Shown here in pieces: positions 10,972 to 20,922 of a DNA stretch of 64,000 nt. The stretch lies in NCBI GenBank assembly GCA_000182565.2, contig KQ257450.1; one strand, written 5' to 3'. The notes below the pieces were generated by a model, which was not told the origin of the DNA, searched no databases, and worked only from the letters and a program-made list of their open reading frames with translations. Origin of the DNA: Spizellomyces punctatus DAOM BR117 (taxonomy: Eukaryota). Numbering within the stretch: the first letter of the stretch is position 1; every line of letters begins with the position of its first letter. The position numbers and the translations under genes were made by a program.

Positions 10972-12191
10972 CTAGTTTAGCAAATCTTGAATTCTGAATC
11001 GGTGTGCTTCGCTGGCCTTGGCCCCACTATTCTCCTCCTCCATGTCCCAGATAGTACCCATGTCTATCGATTGGGGTGCGCGAGCCAATTCTTGTGCGGC
11101 ACAATGTGCCAAGGTCAACAGTGATGCATCGTCGCTGTCCGTCGCTGATTTGGGCGACGGCGCTTGTATGCTACCAGCAAGAACGGCATGGAGAGAAGAA
11201 CGAGAGAGTTCCACTTGTGCTGATTCCAGTGGGTCATGGCAAGCTGGAATCACGCACGGAGCATTTTCTACAGAATAGTAATCGCCACGGGTATGGTCCG
11301 TTTTGCAATCTTGGAAGCGTATCGTTGTTAGCAGCTTTTCCCCAAAATTTCATACTGTCATGACCATGCTTATCATACCTCGACAAAATTGTTGCATCGC
11401 ATGTCGACTGTAAATGTGGTCAACAAATGTCACCAAATCTCGAGTGCCGATGGCTGTACAGCCCTGAGAGTGTTTCTCAGGCTCGTGAGCATGTCGCCGT
11501 GCTTCTAAATGGTGCGACAAGTGATGACTGGTGAGGAGCGTTTTGCATCCCTTGACTGGACACTGATATAATGCTCGGTCTCCGTTTGCCACAACCACAA
11601 CCGCCGCCGAGGCAAGCTCTCGAAGGCGTGCGGGGCATATAACTGGACCTCTAACGGGAATACTTTTCGATGGTGAAAGTGATACAGAGGACGGTGATGA
11701 CTCTGAGGTCATGGAGACACTTGGCCGAGGTGAGGGAAGAAGGGCAGGATAGGGACGTGTGCGGGAACGGGAGGCTGAAATCAAGACGTGTGGGGAAGGT
11801 GCTTCAGACGAATTTGGGGCTTCTCCAGAAGCTGAGGGTATGACAACATTCGGACGAAAGCTGTGTATCCGATAGTGACGTTGAAGTGCATCCATTCGGG
11901 AAAACCTGCAAGTTACCAGATAAGGATTCCTGGAAATAGCACTATATCCATTTTGCAAGCAGCAACATACCCTCTGCAGCATATTGTGCATGGATAGGGC
12001 TTCTCTCCGCTGTGTGTTAGCTGGTGGCGAACCAAGTGTTCCGTGCGCCGAAACGAAAGGTTACAGTCTGAGCATTTGTATCTCCTCTGCTGAACGGTGG
12101 ATATGACGGTGTTGTCCATAGAACCAACGTCGTCCGTCATTGATGCGTCAACCTGTTGGTCGGTCTCTGCGCCGTCGGCGACACCGGCCAT
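10972..12191 (-). CDS. C2H2 zinc-finger transcription factor, 3 exons
   Basis: ZF1 is YKCSDCNLSFRRTEHLVRHQLTH, followed by the linker SGEKPY. ZF2 is CTICCRGFSRMDALQRHYRIH, restored by removing intron 11970-11906. Degenerate fingers follow (CPVKGC...HLEARRH), then a second intron at about 11378-11268 and the C-terminus FRIQDLLN. Confidence 0.85.
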
Positions 12192-12488
12192 GGCTACTAT
12201 ATGTCCTTTTCCCAAACCTCTTGCAAGCGGTGAAATCAAAATGTTGAAAAATCAAACCCTCCGGGCCGTGTGGGGAAGCCTTCCGCCAGCGATGCGCAAA
12301 TAGCTGTGGCGATTGGCGAAATTTCGTGATTTGGAATCGAACTTTGTGTACACATTAATCCGCATTATGCATTCGAATGGCATTCCAAGCTTACATTCGG
12401 ACGTTGTCGGACACGCTTGGTCAACTTTGCATCTCGTTCACGACGTTAGAATGCAGCCAGTGTTCTCGCCTTTCCAATCCCCGACAGA

Positions 12489-14821
12489 ATGGCAAGGGGG
12501 CCATCCAACGACAGCCTGTCTTCGCCATACCGTGTTACCGTGTCTCATGGACAGCTAGATGCAGCTCTGCTTGCAAGTCCTGCTCCCGATACGTCGTCAG
12601 CAGAATTGAGGCGAAGATTGAGGGAAGCACAATGGGCTCTCAGGGAAAAGGACGAAGGTGCAAAAGAGTTTGGATTTGTCCAATACGATTTTATGAGTAA
12701 CCTTTGTTTTCTCTAGCACTTGAAAAAAAGGATAATGGTACCTCATCTACTGTTTTGTGTAGCATGATATGAGCCGTTAACGTTTCGGTTCTGGCAGATT
12801 TAGTCATTGCAGCTGAACTGGGGTCGTCGCTATTGGAAGACAATGAGCGTCTCAAAGCTGAATGTGCAAAATTACTGGCAGAATACCGATCGACATCCGC
12901 AGTGGCTGTCGCCATAGCCGCCCATCCGCCAACAGCTTTTTCGCCAACCTCTCTCCACAAACCGTCCACACCAGGTAGTGCGTCCTCTACACCCATCTCT
13001 GCGTCTCCTGGCACCAATCTGCTTGAAGAGGCCAAGCGTCGAACAATAGCCATTGAGGCTGCGGCCTCTGCTCGTATTGGTGATCTTGAAGCTACCATTT
13101 TGGACCTGCAATCTCACGTGGATCGACTGAGGGCTGACATTCGCGCCTCTCAGGACGCCGAACGCGCACAAGAGCGTCGTTCGCAACGTCTAGAGAGTGA
13201 GAACGAGGTAATATCACGAGACTTGGACGCCGCTGTGTCCAAGTGTCAAGAGTTGGAAGAGGAACGCAAGAAAATAGCAAAAGAAAAGGCGGAGCTCTTA
13301 CGTCGGGTAAAGGACGTAGGGGAAAGGGATAAGGAGTTGGAGGAACTAGCAGAGTTGAGAGATCGGTCCAAGGCATTAGAAGAGGTGGTGGTGCAACTTA
13401 CTCATTCACGGGCAGAAATGGAGGCGGAGCTAGCCGAGGCTCTGCAAGACCGACGGCATGTGGACCAAAGATGTGAGGAACTGGAAGCAGTCGCTGAGGA
13501 CTACCGGATGGAGAGCGAGCGACAGGCTGCTAGAATGGATGAGCTGGTTTGGGAATTAGAGTCATCAAGGGACTTGATCGCTAAATTACATTCACGTCTC
13601 GCCGTCCTGGAGCCCGCCAGGGATGGGCCGGAGGACGCAGGCGACCGAACTCTTTTTAGCGAGGTTGAAGATAGGCGACGAGAATTGGAAAATAGGCACC
13701 AGAATCTAACGCAAAAACACGCAGGGCTGCTTAAAGCACATTCCGTAACAATACATCAACAGGAACGAATGCGAAATCACATTTCAAGGTTGACTCAGCT
13801 TACAAGTGCTCGACAGGGAGAACTCCGAATCCGTTTACTGGAAGAAGCTCTGGGGCAAGCAGAGAGCGAAAAGAGGGAGATGCAAGCAAAACTCGCCCTA
13901 TTAGAGAAGGGGAGAGGGATAGAAACTGATTTAATCGGTGTGGAGGGGAGCAACGGACCAGATATGGGAACAGTCTCCCCAAGTCAATATGAAGTCCAGC
14001 TCGAGTGCCTTCGTCTGCGAGTTTCTCAATTGACTGAAGAGAACGACGATTTGAAACGAGAAGCCCGAACGGGTCGTATGCTAAAGTCTTTTGAGACCGA
14101 GAAATTGAGAAGCGTGGAAGCGGTCTTGAGAGAACGTGAAGAAGAGCTTTTAAGACTGAAATCAATTAATGCTCAGATCAAGTTTGATTTGGATGAAATG
14201 AAGTCGAGGTTCAAGAGAGCTCGGGGCCTGGATGCCGAGGGGTCAGACAAGGCGGCTACCGACGGCAAAGCAGTTGGGGCTAATACATCACCGACCAGCA
14301 AGTCGACCGGTGTCCAGACACAATGTCTCGTGGAGAAGAGTTTACATGATAAGGAAAGCCCTCCAAGAGAGGATCCCCGAAAATCACGAGACGTTGTATC
14401 TGAGCCATTGAATGCTACTCACGGAAACAATACCTCTAGTTCCAACCAGGAAAACTCTGGTCCTTTGCCAACGGGCCAGAGTCTGCACGATAAGCCGTGT
14501 TCAAGCGCATCTTCTGAGGTTGACCCAGACGCATCCATTTGTTCCAACGCATCAACGATATCCAAGGCCAGTCAGCGTAGCTACCTAGCTACTGGTCGTG
14601 GAAAGTTACCACTACAAGAAACACAACCCGTGGGAAAAATCATAACCAGCAACAATCTGAATGAGATCCCGCCATCCGCTTCACCGGGTGATTTGAGTAG
14701 CAAAAGCACAGGAATTCTTAGTAAACGCGATGGGCCAGGAGGTCAAAAGGCAGGACCAACACAGGTGTACGTGGGACGCGAAAATGTTCGATCCGATGTA
14801 AATCAATGTAACCAGCAATAA
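12489..14821 (+). CDS. SPDL1: Spindly-like coiled-coil dynein-dynactin activating adaptor
   Basis: Exons are 12489-12657, a 21-nt microexon 12717-12737 and 12798-14821. It has a CC1-box-like DLVIAAELGSSLLEDN, a long coiled coil, the Spindly motif GDRTLFSEVEDRR (about 13640-13680), a disordered tail and the C-terminal CaaX box CNQQ (human Spindly ends in CPQQ). Confidence 0.8.
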
Positions 14822-14956
14822 TAGAAAGTCTAGATTCGCCATTACAGAACACTATCGGGAATGCGCATGTGCATGAGGTCCCAGCTCGTCCTACCGGAAA
14901 CCGCATTGTCCGGCAGACACTACGGCCTACGCTATGTACTGGGGGCTACACAAGTT

Positions 14957-15868
14957 TTAGACTGATGCTGACTCTGCTTTCTTGAGGGCATCACGCTCGG
15001 GGACCGTCAATGGGCCGCATAAGCCATGATACGACTTTACAAACTCATCAAACACCTTGAGCAGACAATGTAAGTGACAAGCAAGTCCTCACGTTTCACT
15101 TGCAGTTTGACGTACCACGCCAGCGTGTTCTGGTCCGAAATGCTGCCCTGTCAATTCCCGTAATCCTTTCCAGAAAGCAGGGTTCCTTCCTTTTATTTTA
15201 AAGACATCTGTTGGTGAAGTAGATGATGTGTGGGTAGCTTTGGATCGACTATGTGCGGTGTCGGTTGGCGCTTCCTCATGCTTCTCCTGCGATGCAGCAA
15301 CTGGCTTCTTCAAAAGATGGATGGTCGCTCCAGAGACGATTTCGTAATCCAACAAAGTCTTTGTGTCCACTAGTCCTTTGCCATTATAGACCAGCCGTTG
15401 CGCCGCAATGGGTATACCAGCTTCAGTGGCTATACGGGATTTGATATCACCGATAGGTTCTAACCGTGCGGCACGGATAGTAAAAGCCTGTCCACCCTTT
15501 AATGGTTTGATGTTTATTTCTACTTCGTTTGCGGCAGGGGAAGTGGCCACATCGTCAGGCTCCTACGAGTACGCGGAACTGGTATTAGGTTTCCCTTTTG
15601 GTTATTCCTATGGGAATCTCAATCTGTCAAGATCTTACTCTTAGTGGAAATGGGCGGCTCGCGGGTGGAAGGGTAGCGTGGCAGTTTGCGAGGGGTGGCT
15701 CAAAATTGAGTTGGTACTGAATTGGCTGTGATGCTAGTTGATGGAGGAAATGAGTGGCAAACTTGAGCTGCAACAATGAAGAAGCACGCAATCAATGACT
15801 TTTGGTTTTCCCAGCTGCAAGTCTATCTGACACCTTACCTCCTCCGCTGGGCTCATTATAGTCGTCAT
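14957..15868 (-). CDS. GET5: Get5/Mdy2/UBL4A ubiquitin-like protein of the GET pathway, 4 exons
   Basis: The N-terminal segment ELKFATHFLHQLASQPIQY is of the fungal Get4-binding type. The central UBL domain includes IKSRIATEAGIPIAAQRLVYNGKGLVDTKTLLDYEI. The C-terminal helical domain reads PAFWKGLRELTGQHFGPEHAGVVFDEFVKSY. An alternative start lies at 15856. Confidence 0.8.
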
Positions 15869-16125
15869 CTTGGCGAACGGTAGTTTATTCATTCGTCAGT
15901 GGCCAGCAGGTGGTCGCCCGTATGCGCTACTGGATGACTCATCATCACCATGGCAAAGCGCAACCCTCATCCGTCGACTTGCGACGCTTCTCGCCGTTCG
16001 GATTGCAAAAGCGCGACGAGCACCTAATAAAAGGATTAGACAAGTCTCTACGTTTCTCTGCCCGTCTGTCTGGAGGACATTAGCAAACACGTTATTACCC
16101 CCGTCAATCGTAAAGTTACGCAGCC

Positions 16126-17337
16126 ATGGATAAAATGGATCTGGTACAGATCGGTTTCTGCGGACGGTGCCTACAGCTCTCGTGCCACAGAAAAGTAGAT
16201 TAACCTGTGCGTTATACAGTCCCTAGATGAGATCATTGTCAAACGTCCAGGAAAGGGATCTCAGCGAGGAGGTCGTAACCAAAGAGGTCGCCGTACGCAA
16301 CGTGCAGCACCCTATCAGGTAAGCGTGGAATGACGGGAATCAACTCGTGGAGGTACGGCTCTCTTGCGTTCTAAACAGGTTCTCTGGCAGAGACCAACAC
16401 GCCCTGGAAATGCTGATGGACAATGGAAACATGACCTTTTCGAAGGTGGAAGACGAAAGACGGGTGACTTGAGGACTCAAATTCAGCGTCCAGCTGTGTC
16501 CGGGACACTTAGCGACCGCGTACGTGGACTTGTGTCTGACACGATAGACACACCTCGACGAACCGTGCAACGGAACAATGCCGGTGGAGTTATGGTGGAT
16601 CGGCTCGGACCTCCGGTTCGCTCAGTATCCAGTAAGCAAAATCCCATTGGATCATCCGGAAGTATTTCAATCAAAGGCGGTGCTGGTCCAGCCGTCATTC
16701 AAATTGAGAACTTGCACCCTGCAGCAACACCCGAGGACATCAAAGTAAGGCGTCACTTTAGAGACAGCGTTACGCGATCCACGGCATCGTCTAACATGTT
16801 TTGATGATTTGCCAGACATCCCTGTCTCCATATGGAAAGATTGTGGACTGCACTCTCACGTTCGATGCTCAAGGGCGATCATCTGGCGTGTGTACTGTGA
16901 CGTTTGAAAGGAGAGATTCGGCTCAGAATGCAATCAACAAGCTAAATGGGCAAATTGCAGATGGTAATTCGTGTTGCATGTCAGAGTACTCGGCAATTGC
17001 GGAATTCTAATGGCGATGGATACCAGGTCGAGTGCTAAGGGTAACGGAGCTTCAATCCAAATTGACTATTGCGGGTGCAGCTTCAGTACAAAAGGCCAAC
17101 AACACTGCGACCAGCACGTACGTGACTCATGTGAATCAATTATTCAGGAGAAGGTATTAACAGTCTTTTCTTCTTTTTAGTACCGTGTCGAACGGTGGAA
17201 CAATGTACGCAGATAGGTTAGGACCGGCAGTTCCTGCGAGTGGTAGAATAGTGCAACGTGGACAGGGTGTGTTGAGTCGTGTCGGTGGAAAAGCCAAGAG
17301 TGGGCGAGGTGGTACGACGTTTTCAGTGTCGATTTGA
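16126..17337 (+). CDS. ALYREF/Yra1/POLDIP3-family RRM mRNA export adaptor, 6 exons
   Basis: N-terminal UAP56-binding motif MDKMDLSLDEII, an RG-rich segment, a WKHDLF motif and an RRM (IQIENLHPAATPEDIK...FDAQGRSSGVCTVTF...AINKLNGQIADGRVLRV). The protein ends GGTTFSVSI. Confidence 0.8.
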
Positions 17338-17666
17338 AAATACATACGGATGTTTACGGTTTTGGTGCGTCTATTTGACTGGGACTGAACCCAATTTGGT
17401 TCAATCAGAACTGGGGATCTATTCAAACGACGCTGCCCTTTCTTGGTGGTGCCGTGAACTCTCCCAGATAATGTATTCCTTCCGTGACTTTCTGATGCAT
17501 CTATTTGTGTATATCGCTCCATATGATTTTATTCATCCTCCTATCTCTTGTATGGCTGTTTGGTCGTCACTAGAATTGCTCCTTTTCCATTGGCTGTCAT
17601 CTGCTTGTTACAAGGTGAAATCCATGGGTATTCGTAGGGTGGGATACGTTTTGAAACAGCGGCTAT

Positions 17667-18066
17667 TTACATGTCTTCATCATCCATCACATATCCTCCG
17701 AGAACTCCCGCCAAGCGAAGTGCACGAGTTTGGTATGTTACAGATAGAACATCGTGCGCCAGCAATGCTTCCTCCTTCTAAAAACTAGTCAGGCTACAAG
17801 TCAGAGGCGAAAGCACAAAAGAACATGTCGCATACCAATCGGGATATTGCGTGTCGACAAAAGGTAGCTCCACTGAGGTCTTCGTAGCTGTGTCGGTCTG
17901 TGTTGCTTGCTGGTTGTCCTTTTGGAATTCCAAACTGTTTCGGTATTCTTCCTTCAGGACTAGGAGTTGCTGAGGAGCATCGCATGGTTGGATATTGACT
18001 TGCAGAGAGGCCAAAGGCCTTGCATGTGGAGAATGTTGTCCGACATGCTCGTCGAGGCAGTAGCAT
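17667..18066 (-). CDS. Small two-exon hypothetical protein (113 aa) with a presequence-like N-terminus
   Basis: Exon 1 is 18066-17836 (77 codons, MLLPRRACRTTFSTCKAFGLSASQYPTMRCSSA...). The intron is 17835-17778 (GTATGC...CTGAC...TTTTAG). Exon 2 is 17777-17667 (KEEALLAHDVLSVTYQTRALRLAGVLGGYVMDEDM-stop). The phase is preserved. Confidence 0.5.
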
Positions 18067-18148
18067 TGCTTCGTTTTTTGCAGAGTGTTGTCGAGAGGTT
18101 TTTTGGATCAAAACCTAGGATTTGACTTGCCCGAGAAATCAACCATAT

Positions 18149-18162
18149 GTTTCCATGGCAAC
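18149..18162. promoter_or_regulatory. Near-perfect palindromic RFX X-box
   Basis: GTTTCCATGGCAAC fits the GTTNCCATGGNAAC consensus. It lies in the 204-bp divergent spacer between the small orphan gene and JJJ1. Confidence 0.65.
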
Positions 18163-18270
18163 AAGTCGCCGAGCAGAGTGGAACAGTGACATTTCACCTT
18201 GCGAACGACTTGACTATCGAACTGCACCTAGAATGAACCCAGGTACACTTTGAGTATTGGTCTTTCAAGT

Positions 18271-20186
18271 ATGCGCACCTGCTATTATGAACTACTGGGA
18301 GTGGATAGAAAGGCCACTGCCGATGACTTGAAGAAGGTGAAGCATTGAACATGTCGTTTAGGGACGATAAGCTTGCAGCTAACAATATCCGTGATGTTTG
18401 TAACCTGTAGGCTTATCGGCGGAAGGCACTAGAGTTTCATCCGGACAAAAACATTGATAGAGTGGAAGAAGCAACTCGATTATTTGCAGAGGTACAGCAA
18501 GCCTATGAGGTTTTGTCGGATGAGCAGGAACGGGCTTGGTATGTGTATTTTTGAACCGGGTCGACATGATTGGTTCGGCACCTGATATTTCATGTCCGCA
18601 GCGTTCAAGTTGACACTTGAATTTTCACCAGGTATGACAGCCACAGAGAGGCCATTTTGCGAGGCGATGACGAAAGCGCCGCTGCTGGCGGTAGCGCGGC
18701 ATACATGGACATTACAACGGTGGAGACTTTGATGCAGTACTTCAGCGCTGCTTGCTATAGTGGTTACGGTGATAATGGCAAAGGGTTTTACGCTTTGTAC
18801 GGCGCTATCTTTCGCCGTCTCGAAGAAGAGGAGGAAGAAGCTGCTAGGATGGATTCGGAATCATTGGTCGACGATGAGGATTCCTTGCTAGGAAGCAGGG
18901 CCGACTTTGGGACCTCCAGAGATCCATATGATGAACAACCCCGACTATTTTACAACAAGTTCCTGCACTTTGCAAGTGTCAAATCTTTTCGTTGGCATGA
19001 TAAATACCGGCTGTCGGAAGCCCCGGATCGTCGTGTACGACGATTAATGGAAAAAGACAACAAACGCGCAAGAGAAGTTGCGAGAAGGGAATTCAATGAA
19101 GCCGTTCGTAATCTGGCAGCATTCGTGCGGAAACGAGATCCGCGATATAAAACATGGAAGGATGAACAAGAGAAAATTAGCAAAGAAAATGCCGTGGAAG
19201 AAACTAAGCGTCGAGCGGAGGAACGAAGAAGGGAGCGCGATCGACGAGCAGAAGAGTACGTGGTTCCAGAATGGGCCAAGGTTGCTGATGCGGAAAGGGA
19301 TGCGGTTGTGGAAGCCGCTGCAGAACTGGAATTGGAGGAATTGTTCTGCCTGGCCTGCAACAAAGCTTTCAAAAGTGAGAAGCAGGTTAGTTTCGCAGAT
19401 GTGTACTACTCCTGCCGAATGATTTCTCAAGTCAGTCTTTCTCCCCAGTTTGAAAACCATGAGCAATCCAAAAAGCATTTGCGCAATGTGGAAATCCTAC
19501 GTGAGCACCTATTAGAGGACGAGGAGAATAATGGATGGCATGAAGAGATATCAGTGGACGACATTGATCCCGCTAGTGGCGAAGAAGAGCTTGAAGATGG
19601 TGGCGAGGGCACAGAGGGAACTGATAGTGATAATGACTCTCAGGATCCTATCACGACAGAGAAAGATGATAGCCTTAAGCACTTGCAGGAGGATGTTTCG
19701 GAGGAAGAGGAGGAAGGGGCAAATGAACCAGAGATCTCCACTCGCAAGAAGGCTGATAAGAAGAAGCGGCGAAAGCAGGCGCAGCGATTTGGTTGGGCTC
19801 AGTCGAACTCTGAAGATGAAACTTTGCCAAACGAGACAGGCGAAACCCGGGATCAGAATATGGATGCGTTGGTGGCCGGTGTGGAAAACGTGAACCTGGA
19901 GGGCTCGATTACCGAGAGCCTATCATTAGATGACCAGGCATCAGAATCAAACTCGAGTACAGTCAAGGGTAAAAGCCGAGCGAAGGAAAAACGTGCGCAG
20001 AGGGAGGCAAAGCGGGCTGCTGCGGTGGCTCTGGAGAAGGGAGGAGGCACTACAACCTGCAATGTCTGCGGTGAGGGGTTTCCATCCCGGACTAAGCTTT
20101 TTGATCATATCAAGCGATCGGGTCATGCAAATGCTGGTGGGCCAGTAGCTCCAGCTGGAAAAGCTACAAAGAAAGGACGGCGATAG
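18271..20186 (+). CDS. JJJ1: J-domain and C2H2 zinc-finger co-chaperone Jjj1/DNAJC21 (60S maturation)
   Basis: The J domain reads [11 protein letters not shown]...[14 protein letters not shown]...[20 protein letters not shown] zuotin-homology-type region follows ([44 protein letters not shown]). There are two zinc fingers, [24 protein letters not shown] (after removing intron 19386-19448) and [23 protein letters not shown]. Confidence 0.93.
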
Positions 20187-20922
20187 TAATTAATCATGAT
20201 GTACATAAGACTCCCAACCCACCTTGCAAAGGGGCACTTTGAACCGCGGCAGATAGTACCGTTGAGGTAGCTGGGAAAAGAGTGGTTGCGCTCATTGCAT
20301 ATTGTTATGGTCCCATGGTAATCTAAAATCCGCAATGAAGACGGCGAATTTTCACGCTGGAAACCCAGGAGAAGGGTGATTGCAAGCCTATCCTCCACCT
20401 GTACCAGTCAAATGGAAGTTGGTTCTGGTCTTTGTTGTACCATACTTGATTGATCAGCGGAGCTAGAAAGGGATGTCATCCTGTTCATGGAGCAACTGGT
20501 TAAAGAGCAGAATAAACGCATACTTCAGACATTCCCTTAACCGGCGTTTATTGCCAGTGCACTAGAAACATTGGTGAGTATTCAGTAGCCCATCCATGAC
20601 ACATCTTTGCCCGGTGCACCAAATACCCAACAGGCAATTGTGAACAACAAGAGTTACAAGGCTTTGTGACGCTCGGTCCATGCCAGGAAATCCACCGTTG
20701 CGGTCTTGCTCTTCAAGATAATCCCAAGGCAGCAGTTTAGAAAGTTGCTTTACTTTCAATGGGTTGGCCAACGACCTGATTGTCAACTAAGCCATTGGGC
20801 GTGTCATAGATGAGAGTCATCGCCTGGTCGGGACAATTTCGAAATGGGTCCATCTTCCTTACCAACAGAACCTTTTATTTGACGTAATGATCTAGTTGGA
20901 ATTCGTTTCGGCATCAATAGCC

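Noticed and set aside
10609-10980. + strand ORFs with poly-Arg/Gln or poly-Asp/Asn tracts
   Set aside because: They are translations of the trinucleotide repeat, start at GTG or TTG, and have no domain content.
17279-17788. 169-aa + strand ORF downstream of the RRM gene
   Set aside because: It starts at GTG, overlaps the RRM gene end out of frame, covers probable 3'UTRs, and has non-protein-like composition.
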